DNA of 38,087 nucleotides from a bacterium (GTDB lineage Bacteria > Sysuimicrobiota > Sysuimicrobiia > Sysuimicrobiales > Kaftiobacteriaceae): positions 1-38,087 of the forward strand of contig JBIOWP010000074.1 of NCBI GenBank assembly GCA_044868695.1, in the 5' to 3' direction. A model generated the notes under the pieces. That model was not told the DNA's origin, searched no databases, and was given only the letters and a program-made list of their open reading frames with translations. Of the stretch, positions 18,591-26,402 are shown piece after piece. Each line of letters begins with the position of its first letter. Position 1 is the stretch's first letter. Made by a program: the position numbers and the translations under genes.

Positions 18591-19184
18591 GCTGATCCAC
18601 GCCGGGTCGGATGCGACCAGGTGAGTCAGTTGCCGGATCGCGTCCGTTGCCGCCGACCGGTCGCCGGCGTCAAAGATCCGGCCGCTCCACAGCACATTGT
18701 CCACGAGGAGCACGCCGCCCACGCGCAGTTTGTCGGTGATGACGGGCAGCGACGCGGGATACCCTTCCTTGTTGATGTCGTTAAAGATGAGGTCAAACGG
18801 TCCATCTGTCTCGCGCAGGGTCTGGACGGCCTCACCGACGCGGTACTCGATCATGCCGTCGAACCCGAGCGCGGCGAGGTGTTTCCTGGCGCGGCGCGAG
18901 AGGGCGTCGTCCCACACCACGTGGTACACGGTTCCGCCGCCGTTTTCCACCACCGCCCTGGCGAACCACGCGGTGGAGTACCCGTATCCCGACCCCAGCT
19001 CAAAGATCCGCCGTGCGCCAATCATCCGCGCGATCAGATAGCACAGGTGGCCGGCGGCGGGGCCGATGATCGGAAAGTCCACCTCTTTCGCGTGGGCCTC
19101 CATGGCCACCATCTCCGGCGGCCGTGGAGGCACGAGCGTTTCCAGGTACGGCATCAGTTGCGGTGCGAACAGATCGCCAGCCAT
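18516..19184 (-). CDS. SAM-dependent O-methyltransferase (Methyltransf_3 / YrrM-like)
   Basis: FPIIGP, ELGSGYGYS, FDLIFNDINK..YP, GG.L.VDNVLWSG, PIRDGL; GGGAGG SD before ATG 19184. Confidence 0.9.
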   Translation of the reverse strand: MAGDLFAPQLMPYLETLVPPRPPEMVAMEAHAKEVDFPIIGPAAGHLCYLIARMIGARRIFELGSGYGYSTAWFARAVVENGGGTVYHVVWDDALSRRARKHLAALGFDGMIEYRVGEAVQTLRETDGPFDLIFNDINKEGYPASLPVITDKLRVGGVLLVDNVLWSGRIFDAGDRSAATDAIRQLTHLVASDPAWISSIVPIRDGLLVALRTGRTPDLHRG

Positions 19185-19275
19185 GCATCCCCGCCTCCCT
19201 CTCGATAGTCTTTCCTTCGCGGCCGGCCTAAGAATTCCCAGGAGTGGGGAATAAGAGAAGGTGAGGTGATCCCCC

Positions 19276-19686
19276 ATGAGGTTCGGAAACCGCATGATCG
19301 TCAAGGCGATGATTGCGGTGCTTCTGGTTGCGGGTATGGGAGGCGCCGTCGCAGCGCAGATGGCAGCCGTCAGCGTGTCCAGGGACGTCCTGGCCGCGTC
19401 GATCGTCGACAAGGAGCCGACGCCGGCGCCCTCGCCGGTCCCGGCTGACGTGGGTCGGCTGTGCTACTTCACCGAGGTCGCGGCCGAGAGCCCAACGACG
19501 GTCCAGCATGCCTGGCTCTGGGGCGACCGTGAGATGGCGGTCGTCACACTTCAGGTGAGCGGGCCGAAGTACCGCACCTGGAGCTGCAAGAACATCATGC
19601 CGGAGTGGATCGGCGCATGGAAGGTCGAACTCCGGTCCTCCGACGGTATGGTGCTGGCGTCGAAGACGTTCAGCGTCGGTCAGTAG
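19276..19686 (+). CDS. Secreted DUF2914-domain protein
   Basis: Signal peptide; YFTEV...H.W...V.L.V.G..YRTWS.K......G.WKVE pattern; GAGGTGA SD. Confidence 0.8.
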   Translation: MRFGNRMIVKAMIAVLLVAGMGGAVAAQMAAVSVSRDVLAASIVDKEPTPAPSPVPADVGRLCYFTEVAAESPTTVQHAWLWGDREMAVVTLQVSGPKYRTWSCKNIMPEWIGAWKVELRSSDGMVLASKTFSVGQ

Positions 19687-19703
19687 ACCGACCGACGGGC
19701 ATC

Positions 19704-19736
19704 CGGGGGCTCCTCAGACGAGGAGCCCCCGATTTC
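19704..19736 (+). terminator. Probable intrinsic terminator after the DUF2914 gene
   Basis: Perfect 12-bp stem CGGGGGCTCCTC-agac-GAGGAGCCCCCG followed by ATTTC (short U-tract). Confidence 0.65.
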
Positions 19737-19826
19737 ATGTGAGCCGGTTCCAGAACGGTCCGCGCAGGCCCGAGCGGCCCCCCTCATCGAAGTGGATTCC
19801 CGCAGACCGGCATCCGGAGGTGTGAG

Positions 19827-20480
19827 ATGGAGCAACTGCAGCGCCACGGCGGTACGGCAGGGTTCGTGGGTGCGTTCTGTGTGCTTGTGCTCTTCGTCCT
19901 CAACTTCAGCATTCCCGGGGCCGGCGCGACCTTCGCTGACCCGGTAAGGACGCTGACGTACATCGCAGGGCATCACTGGATGTGGCGGATCGCTCACATT
20001 GTCGCTGTGCTGGCCGCGGGAGCCGCCGTGATCTTTGCGGCCGGCCTGTCGAGCCGTCTCCGTGAACCCGCGCCGGCGCGGGCCCGGGTCCTCCTGTATC
20101 TCGCTCTGATCGGCCTGGGCGGGTACGCTCTGTCGAGCTTCGTCCTGTGGAAGGGCGGCAGCGCCATGGCCAGTTACATGGCGAAGGATCAGGTGGCGGC
20201 CAGTTACGCCTGGCTCGCGCTTCAGTACGGCGCCCGTGGGGCGGGTGACGTCGGCAACGCATTTGTCGGCGCCGCGCTCGTGGTCGCCGGCTGGGCGATT
20301 CGCACGACCGGCGCTCTCAGCCGAACCGCTGGGTGGCTGGCCATTGTGACAGGAGTGCTGACCTTGATGATTATCGTGTCTGTGCCTCTCTACCGCGTCG
20401 TTGAGCTCTTGCAGGCCATCTTCACCGTGGTGTGGCTGGCCTGGGGAGGCAGTCAGTTGCGCAGAGGTCTGCCGGGATGA
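19827..20480 (+). CDS. Multi-pass membrane protein, DUF4386-like (paralog of 5709-6347)
   Basis: GGAGGTG SD; about 6 TM segments; colinear with 5709-6347 (GTAG, DP, WR, GL..RLR...P.RA...LY, D.VAA..AW.AL, AGWA). Confidence 0.72.
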   Translation: MEQLQRHGGTAGFVGAFCVLVLFVLNFSIPGAGATFADPVRTLTYIAGHHWMWRIAHIVAVLAAGAAVIFAAGLSSRLREPAPARARVLLYLALIGLGGYALSSFVLWKGGSAMASYMAKDQVAASYAWLALQYGARGAGDVGNAFVGAALVVAGWAIRTTGALSRTAGWLAIVTGVLTLMIIVSVPLYRVVELLQAIFTVVWLAWGGSQLRRGLPG

Positions 20481-20584
20481 CCTTCAGCCGCGTCCCTTCT
20501 GAGCGCCGCGGAGCACGGAGGAATCATCACCGGGCAAGCGAAAGGCGCACCAGACTCGCACGGCGAGGAAGGGGCGCATCGACG

Positions 20585-21823
20585 ATGGCTCGATCCCGCG
20601 TTATGGGTGTGGTCGTGTTGTTGCTGACGCTGGCGGTGCCGGGGCTGAGCCGAGGCGGCGCACGTCAGACGATCACGTTCCTCACGGCTCCCTGGGGAGT
20701 ACCGCCTAATCAAGCCCTCCTGCAGGAGTTCCAGGATCGCAGCGGCATCAGTGTCCAGGTGATTTCGGCGCCGTCCGCCGAGATGTACACGAAGGTCCAG
20801 GTCGCGTCCGCCGGGCGGCGTGCGCCCGCGGATGTCATTTTCCTGACTGAGGAGGCGCCGTCGTTCATCGTGGCGCCGGGTTACATGGAACCGCTGGATG
20901 CGTATGTTGCCAAGAGCAAGGACCTCAACGTCGGGGACATCGAGCGGATGAACTTCTGGACCGTGGGCGGGAAGGTCCAGGGAATCACCACCTACGTTCA
21001 ACTCGTGATGATGGACTACAATGCTAAACGGCTGAAGGCTGGCGGTTTCAACCGGCCGGCCGCGACGTGGGAGGAACTCCGGCGGCAGGCGGTCGCCCTC
21101 AAGCAGAAGGGCGTGGACACCTTCCCCCTCGCGTTCGGAGCGATCGACTGGTCGTGGTTCCTCATGGCCCTGTCGGCGGGGGACCCCATGTTCGACGGCA
21201 GTCTGGCCCCCGTCTTCAGCAACGCCGGTTCCCCGGCCCGCAAGGCAATGGCGATGCTTGTCGGGTTCTTTACCACCGACAAGATCATCACGCCCGACCT
21301 GCTCACGAAGGTGACACCGCACGATGTGTTCATGGGTGGGACCGGCGTCTACCACCAGGCGTGGCAGGGTTCGCTCGCGGTCATGAACAATGCCAAGATT
21401 TCCAAGCAGGCTCCTGACGTCCAGTACGTGCTCATGCCCGAGCAGCACTTCACCTGGAGCCTGGACGCAGCGATCGGGTTATCGCGCTTCTCACCCAAGA
21501 AGGACGCCGGCTGGGAGTTTGTCAAGTGGTACGTGTCCGCCGAGAACCAGCGGGCGATCTACAAGGGCGTCGGCCTGGTGCCATCCCGCAAGTCTATGCA
21601 ACAGGCGCTGAACAGCGAGGGCGCCATCCAGGGGTTTGACGTGATGACGGCGCAGGCGTCGTATGTGCATCAGCTCCCTCGGACGGTAAAGTGGTGGGGG
21701 CCGTGGACGCAGAGTGTGACCGAAGCGATCCGCAAAGCGACGCAGGGACAGCTGACCTCTGATGCGGCGGTGGACGCGATCGCGAAGCGGTGGAACGAGC
21801 TCAAGGCGCAGTATAAGCAGTAG
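20585..21823 (+). CDS. Carbohydrate ABC transporter substrate-binding protein (CUT1)
   Basis: Signal peptide from ATG 20585; EPLD.Y, YN..L...G...PA.TWEEL, K.DAGWEFVKW. Confidence 0.88.
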   Translation: MARSRVMGVVVLLLTLAVPGLSRGGARQTITFLTAPWGVPPNQALLQEFQDRSGISVQVISAPSAEMYTKVQVASAGRRAPADVIFLTEEAPSFIVAPGYMEPLDAYVAKSKDLNVGDIERMNFWTVGGKVQGITTYVQLVMMDYNAKRLKAGGFNRPAATWEELRRQAVALKQKGVDTFPLAFGAIDWSWFLMALSAGDPMFDGSLAPVFSNAGSPARKAMAMLVGFFTTDKIITPDLLTKVTPHDVFMGGTGVYHQAWQGSLAVMNNAKISKQAPDVQYVLMPEQHFTWSLDAAIGLSRFSPKKDAGWEFVKWYVSAENQRAIYKGVGLVPSRKSMQQALNSEGAIQGFDVMTAQASYVHQLPRTVKWWGPWTQSVTEAIRKATQGQLTSDAAVDAIAKRWNELKAQYKQ

Positions 21824-22730
21824 TCGCACGCGCATTCGCAGCGAGGAGCGGACCGCATACCTGGCGCTACTGCCGGTGGGTCTGCTCCTCGCGTGTTTTG
21901 TGTACTACCCGGCCATCTCTACCTTCCTCCTCAGCCTGACCGACGCGAACCCACGGGTCCAGGGTCTGGACGGCGTCCCGCAGTTCATCGGAGTACGCAA
22001 CTACGCCCGCATCCTGGCGGCAGGGGAGTTCTGGGGGAGCGTCTGGCGGACCGTGCTGATCGTGCTGATGGTCCTTCCCCTGGAGCTGGCCATCGGGCTG
22101 GTCGCAGCCGTGATCCTCAATGCGGAGTTTCGGGGCCGGGCGGTGCTGCGGACCATCGCCATCGTTCCATGGATGCTGCCGCCTCTGGTCAACGGGTTTA
22201 TGTGGTCGTGGATCTTGAACGGGGACTACGGCGCGCTCAATGGACTTCTGTATCAATTCCATCTGATCTCTCAGTACCACTACTGGCTGGCCTCGCCGTC
22301 GGCTCAGCTGTTCTGGGTCGCCGTGGCGCAGGTATGGGCGAGGTTCCCGTTTGCGATGGTCGTGCTCCTGGCCGGCCTGCAGTCGATTCCGCACGAGGTG
22401 ATTGAGGCCGCCCGCGTCGATGGCGCCCGGCCGGCGCAGGTCTTTCGGTCGGTCACGTTCCCCATGCTGCTGCCGGCGTTCACCGTTGCGCTCGCCGTGG
22501 AGTTCATCGTGACGTTTCAGATCTTCGACGTCGTCTGGTCGCTGACGGCCGGTGGCGCTGCGGGTCAGGTCATCAACCCGTTTACCAAAGCCGTGATGAT
22601 CATGAACTACGAAGTCGTCTTCCGCAACCTGGATTTCGGCCTGGGTGCCGCCATCGCGTATCTCATTCTGATGTTGTCGATGGGCGTCGGATACGTGTTT
22701 GTCCGCATGCTCTATGAGCGGGGCGCGTAA
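21762..22730 (+). CDS. Carbohydrate ABC permease (MalF-like); start uncertain
   Basis: FIGVRNY, F.GR..LR...IVPWMLP, LAGLQSIP.EVIEAARVDGA, FD.VW.LT.GG. ATG 21762 overlaps the SBP by 62 nt without an SD. Confidence 0.87.
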   Translation: MRRWTRSRSGGTSSRRSISSSRTRIRSEERTAYLALLPVGLLLACFVYYPAISTFLLSLTDANPRVQGLDGVPQFIGVRNYARILAAGEFWGSVWRTVLIVLMVLPLELAIGLVAAVILNAEFRGRAVLRTIAIVPWMLPPLVNGFMWSWILNGDYGALNGLLYQFHLISQYHYWLASPSAQLFWVAVAQVWARFPFAMVVLLAGLQSIPHEVIEAARVDGARPAQVFRSVTFPMLLPAFTVALAVEFIVTFQIFDVVWSLTAGGAAGQVINPFTKAVMIMNYEVVFRNLDFGLGAAIAYLILMLSMGVGYVFVRMLYERGA

Positions 22731-22731
22731 C

Positions 22732-23595
22732 ATGCGGGTCGCCGGGCGCGCGGCCCTGTGGCTGGGGGTTGTGTTGCTGGCGCTGTGGAGTCTGGCCCCG
22801 ATCTTCTGGGTCGTGGTCAGCAGCATTTCCACGCGTGTGGAGCTGTACAGCGTGCCCTACAAGCACTGGATCCCCCAGGCGCCGACGCTGCAGAACTACA
22901 TCGACGTGTTCACCACCGGGCCGAAGTACCGCGCCGGGGGGTCCCTCCCGTCGGCGACGTTGCTGTACTCGGGCGTGCGCAACAGCCTGCTCGTGGCGCT
23001 CCTCTCGGCGGCGCTGCTCAGTCTGATGGCGTCGCTCGCGGGGTATGCCTTCGCGCGGCTGAACTTCCGCGGGCGGTCCGTTCTATTCTTCCTCATGCTG
23101 CTTCTCGTGCCGCTGCCGATCTGGGTGTCGCTCATCGCGCTGTTCCAGCTGATGAGCGTCCTGGGACTCATCGACACCAGGCTCGGTCTGGTCCTGCTGT
23201 TTGTCGCGTACGGCGCTCCGCTGTATGTGTGGCTGATGCAGACGTACATCCGGGCGACGCCCCGTGACATTGAGGAAGCGGCGTTGATCGACGGGGCGTC
23301 TCGGTTCCGGGCGCTGCGGTCGATTGTCCTGCCGGTGGCCCTTCCGGGGCTGGTCTCGGTCTTCCTTGTGGCGTTTCTGACCGTGTGGAATTCGTTTCTC
23401 ATCCCGTTGATCTTCACCAACTCCGAGGCCGCCCAGCCGCTCACCGTCGTCCTGTCTCTTTTCATCGGGCAGTATGAGGTGGCGTGGGAGGCGATGTCCG
23501 CGGCCGCGGTCGTGACGATGATCCCGCCGATCCTGATGGCCCTCTTCTTCCAGCGCTACGTGGTGCGGGGGCTTGCCATGGGAGCCGTGCAATAG
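22732..23595 (+). CDS. Carbohydrate ABC permease (MalG-like)
   Basis: PTLQNY, NS, AGYAFARLNFRGR, IEEAALIDGAS, WN.FL, FQRYVVRGL..GAV. Alternative ATG at 22714. Confidence 0.9.
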   Translation: MRVAGRAALWLGVVLLALWSLAPIFWVVVSSISTRVELYSVPYKHWIPQAPTLQNYIDVFTTGPKYRAGGSLPSATLLYSGVRNSLLVALLSAALLSLMASLAGYAFARLNFRGRSVLFFLMLLLVPLPIWVSLIALFQLMSVLGLIDTRLGLVLLFVAYGAPLYVWLMQTYIRATPRDIEEAALIDGASRFRALRSIVLPVALPGLVSVFLVAFLTVWNSFLIPLIFTNSEAAQPLTVVLSLFIGQYEVAWEAMSAAAVVTMIPPILMALFFQRYVVRGLAMGAVQ

Positions 23596-23609
23596 CCGTG
23601 CGGAACTCG

Positions 23610-25301
23610 ATGAACCCCGCGGCCCTGGTTGCGGGCATGACCGTGAAACAAAAAGTGGGCCAGATGTTCATGCTGGCGTTTGCCGGTCCCGCGGCCGCGC
23701 GTGCGGCGGGTCTGCTCCGTGAGCACGCGCTGGGAGCCTGCTATCTGAGCAACGACAACTTTGCCGACCCGGGGCAGGCGGCCGCGCTCATCGCGGAGCT
23801 GCGGGAGGCAGCGCGCGCAGGCGGTGGCATTGCTCCGCTGCTGGCCGCCGATCAGGAAGGCGCCTGGGCCGTGCTCACGCCGCATTCATGTCCGGGCCCC
23901 GGCAACATGGGTCTGGGAGCGACATGGTCCCCAAAGGACACTCGCGCCATGTACGCAGTGTTCGGGCGGGAACTGCGCGCCGTCGGTCTCACCACCGACC
24001 TCGCTCCGGTCGCAGACGTCAACAGCAACCCGCTGAACCCCATCATCGGGATGCGGTCATTTGGGGAAGATCCCGAGATGGTGGCCCGGCATGTGCGGGC
24101 AGGAGTCGCCGGGCTGCACGACGCCGGGGTCATGGCGGCGGCCAAGCACTTTCCGGGGCACGGTGATACGACCGGCGATTCCCACCGCGGCCTGGCCCGC
24201 GTGGACCGGCCGCGGGAAGTCCTCGAGCGGCGCGAGCTCGTACCGTTCCGCGCAGCCGTCGATGCCGGCGTGGACATCGTCATGACGGCGCATGTGGTTT
24301 TCCCGGCCCTCGACGCGGAGCGGCCGGCGACGCTCTCCCCCCTGATCTTGCATGAGGTGCTGCGCCGCACGATGGGATTTCAGGGAGTGATTCTTACGGA
24401 CTCTTTCAACATGGGAGCGGTGCGGCGCGTCTATGATCCGCTGGACGCCGTCGTGCAGACCGTGGGGGCAGGCGCGGATATGGTGTTGTTGGCGGAAGAG
24501 CGCTATGGCGATGAGTTCGGGGACTATCTCGCTCGCCAGGTGCGGTTGGTGGAAGGGCTAGCTGCCGCCGTGGATGCGGGGCGAGTGCCGGAAAGCCGGA
24601 TTGATGAGGCGGTCACAAGGATTCTGACTCTCAAGGCTCGGTACGCCGCTGCGGACCAGCCGGCCCCGGATCCGGAGGCTGCGGCCGAGGTGGTCGGGGC
24701 GCCCGCGCACAGGGAGGTCGAGCGAGAGGTTGCGGAAGGCGCGGTGGTACTGGTGCAGAATCACGCCCGGATTGTCCCGCTGCACGGCGCCTCCGCTGGT
24801 CGGCTGGTGATGCTGTCGGCCACCGACCCTGAGGGCTACCGGCGCATGTCGGCGGGACGCGGCATTGGGCCCAATGTGGTGGAACGCCCCGCGGACATCG
24901 CCGCGGCCGAGATCAGCCGGCGGCATCCGGGCATGCAGAGCCTGGTGTTCCGGGGTGACGAGTGGGACTCCCACACCGAGACGCTGGCAGGCGCGAGCGC
25001 GATCGTGGTCGTGACGGAAAAGCTTCCACTGGCGGGGTTTGACTTTCCCGATGAATCGCAGCGCCGTCTCGTGCAGTGGCTGCTGGCGCGCCGTTTTGCG
25101 CCGGTGATCGTGCTCGCGTGCCGCGATCCGTATGAACTGGCCGGCTTTCCGGGGGTGGATGCGTACGTCTGTGCGATGGGCTACAGGCCAGCCTGCGTGC
25201 GCGCGGCCGTCGGAGTATTGTTTGGTGAGATCCCGGCGCGCGGGCGCCTCCCGGTGTCCGTGCCCGGACGATATCCCGTTGGGCATGGACTCCCGTTGTA
25301 G
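23610..25301 (+). CDS. nagZ: GH3 beta-N-acetylhexosaminidase (NagZ-type, two-domain, cytoplasmic)
   Basis: KVGQM, DQEG, LAPVADV, RSFGEDP, KHFPGHGDTTGDSH (Asp-His dyad), ILTD nucleophile, C-terminal GRLPV; no signal peptide. Confidence 0.85.
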   Translation: MNPAALVAGMTVKQKVGQMFMLAFAGPAAARAAGLLREHALGACYLSNDNFADPGQAAALIAELREAARAGGGIAPLLAADQEGAWAVLTPHSCPGPGNMGLGATWSPKDTRAMYAVFGRELRAVGLTTDLAPVADVNSNPLNPIIGMRSFGEDPEMVARHVRAGVAGLHDAGVMAAAKHFPGHGDTTGDSHRGLARVDRPREVLERRELVPFRAAVDAGVDIVMTAHVVFPALDAERPATLSPLILHEVLRRTMGFQGVILTDSFNMGAVRRVYDPLDAVVQTVGAGADMVLLAEERYGDEFGDYLARQVRLVEGLAAAVDAGRVPESRIDEAVTRILTLKARYAAADQPAPDPEAAAEVVGAPAHREVEREVAEGAVVLVQNHARIVPLHGASAGRLVMLSATDPEGYRRMSAGRGIGPNVVERPADIAAAEISRRHPGMQSLVFRGDEWDSHTETLAGASAIVVVTEKLPLAGFDFPDESQRRLVQWLLARRFAPVIVLACRDPYELAGFPGVDAYVCAMGYRPACVRAAVGVLFGEIPARGRLPVSVPGRYPVGHGLPL

Positions 25302-25363
25302 CCGTCTGCAGAGCCCTTGGGGCGGGCACATAAGAAGACGCACGGCGCGCGGGGGGTATCGGC

Positions 25364-25618
25364 GTGGGTCGTCTCACGGTCTGGCTGGTGGTGATCCTCC
25401 TTGTCGGCGGCGGCGCATACACCGCGGTCAAGAACCGCTATGTGTACGCCACGGAGGGGCAGACGCAGATGCGCACGGACCGGTGGACAGGGGACGTCCA
25501 GGTCTGGGGATGCGCGGCCTACGAGTTCCGCGGCACCGAGACCGCCTTTGCGCCCCTGACGGTGGAATCCACCCCCAACAAGCCCTGTACCCGGTACGGC
25601 TGGGTCACCAGGAAGTAG
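25364..25618 (+). CDS. Small membrane-anchored hypothetical protein (84 aa)
   Basis: GGGGGT SD; N-terminal TM segment; DRWTG motif; two Cys; fills the gap between GH3 and CHRD without overlap. Confidence 0.6.
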   Translation: MGRLTVWLVVILLVGGGAYTAVKNRYVYATEGQTQMRTDRWTGDVQVWGCAAYEFRGTETAFAPLTVESTPNKPCTRYGWVTRK

Positions 25619-25631
25619 GGATTCGCCGCTC

Positions 25632-26078
25632 CTACCTCGACAGCTGCCCTCGCAGTGCGCCGGCTGGAAAGTCCGTCGTGTGGACATTCACGTAGTACTG
25701 CTCAGGCGATTCGATGATCGCAAGGATCAGATCCCGCGCGACGCCATCGGTGCAGCCACGGGAGAGCCCGGTCATGTCCGGGGGTGACAGCGGGACGACG
25801 ATCGGTCCGGCGACACCTTCGGGGGCGGCGTGGATGTGCGCGCCGATCGCCGGGAGCGTGATGCCGGTGACGGCAATCGCCCAGCACACTTCGCCCATCC
25901 CGGGGTTGAGGACGAGGAACGCCACTCCACTGCCATCAGGATCGCCCGGTCCGGGGACCTCCGCGGCTCCGGAGAGTACGGTAATGAACGGCTTCCCTCC
26001 GGGCGCCGCCAGGACTCCGGCGGTCGCGAGCAGCATGACCACGGCGGTGGCAAGCGACAACTGCGCAATCCTTCTCAT
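25632..26078 (-). CDS. Secreted CHRD-domain protein
   Basis: Signal peptide; LSGAAEVP..GDPDGSG.A, AHIH..P.GVAGPIV, YVNVHT.DFP.G.LRGQL; GGAGGTGA SD. Confidence 0.9.
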   Translation of the reverse strand: MRRIAQLSLATAVVMLLATAGVLAAPGGKPFITVLSGAAEVPGPGDPDGSGVAFLVLNPGMGEVCWAIAVTGITLPAIGAHIHAAPEGVAGPIVVPLSPPDMTGLSRGCTDGVARDLILAIIESPEQYYVNVHTTDFPAGALRGQLSR

Positions 26079-26164
26079 CTCGATCACCTCCAAGCGCCAG
26101 GGTATGGCGGTTAGGTAACAGAATCGTTGCGGATGGTAGGGTAAATCCCTGAGGGTGGTGCCGC

Positions 26165-26347
26165 ATGGAGGACCCCGAACCGCTGTACGTGACCTGCAAA
26201 ACGTGCGCCCGTCCGGTGCCCACGGGTGTCGGCCTCACGGGCCGAATCTATGAGGTCCCCGTCTCACAAGGCTATGAACTCAAGTGTCCAACCTGCGGGG
26301 CCGTGACGACGTACACGAAAGCCGAATTTCACATTCTGGCGACGTAG
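26165..26347 (+). CDS. Small zinc-ribbon protein (60 aa, CxxC...CPxCG)
   Basis: CKTC and CPTCG pairs; GAGGG SD; intergenic with no overlap. Confidence 0.7.
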   Translation: MEDPEPLYVTCKTCARPVPTGVGLTGRIYEVPVSQGYELKCPTCGAVTTYTKAEFHILAT

Positions 26348-26402
26348 GGTCTCGTCCTCGCGCTCGCGTACGCCGACACCGATCAGCGCCGGCGCGTGAT
26401 GC

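Noticed and set aside
19185..19412. Extension of the O-methyltransferase to 19412
   Set aside because: Antisense to the DUF2914 gene; SD and family similarity support ATG 19184.
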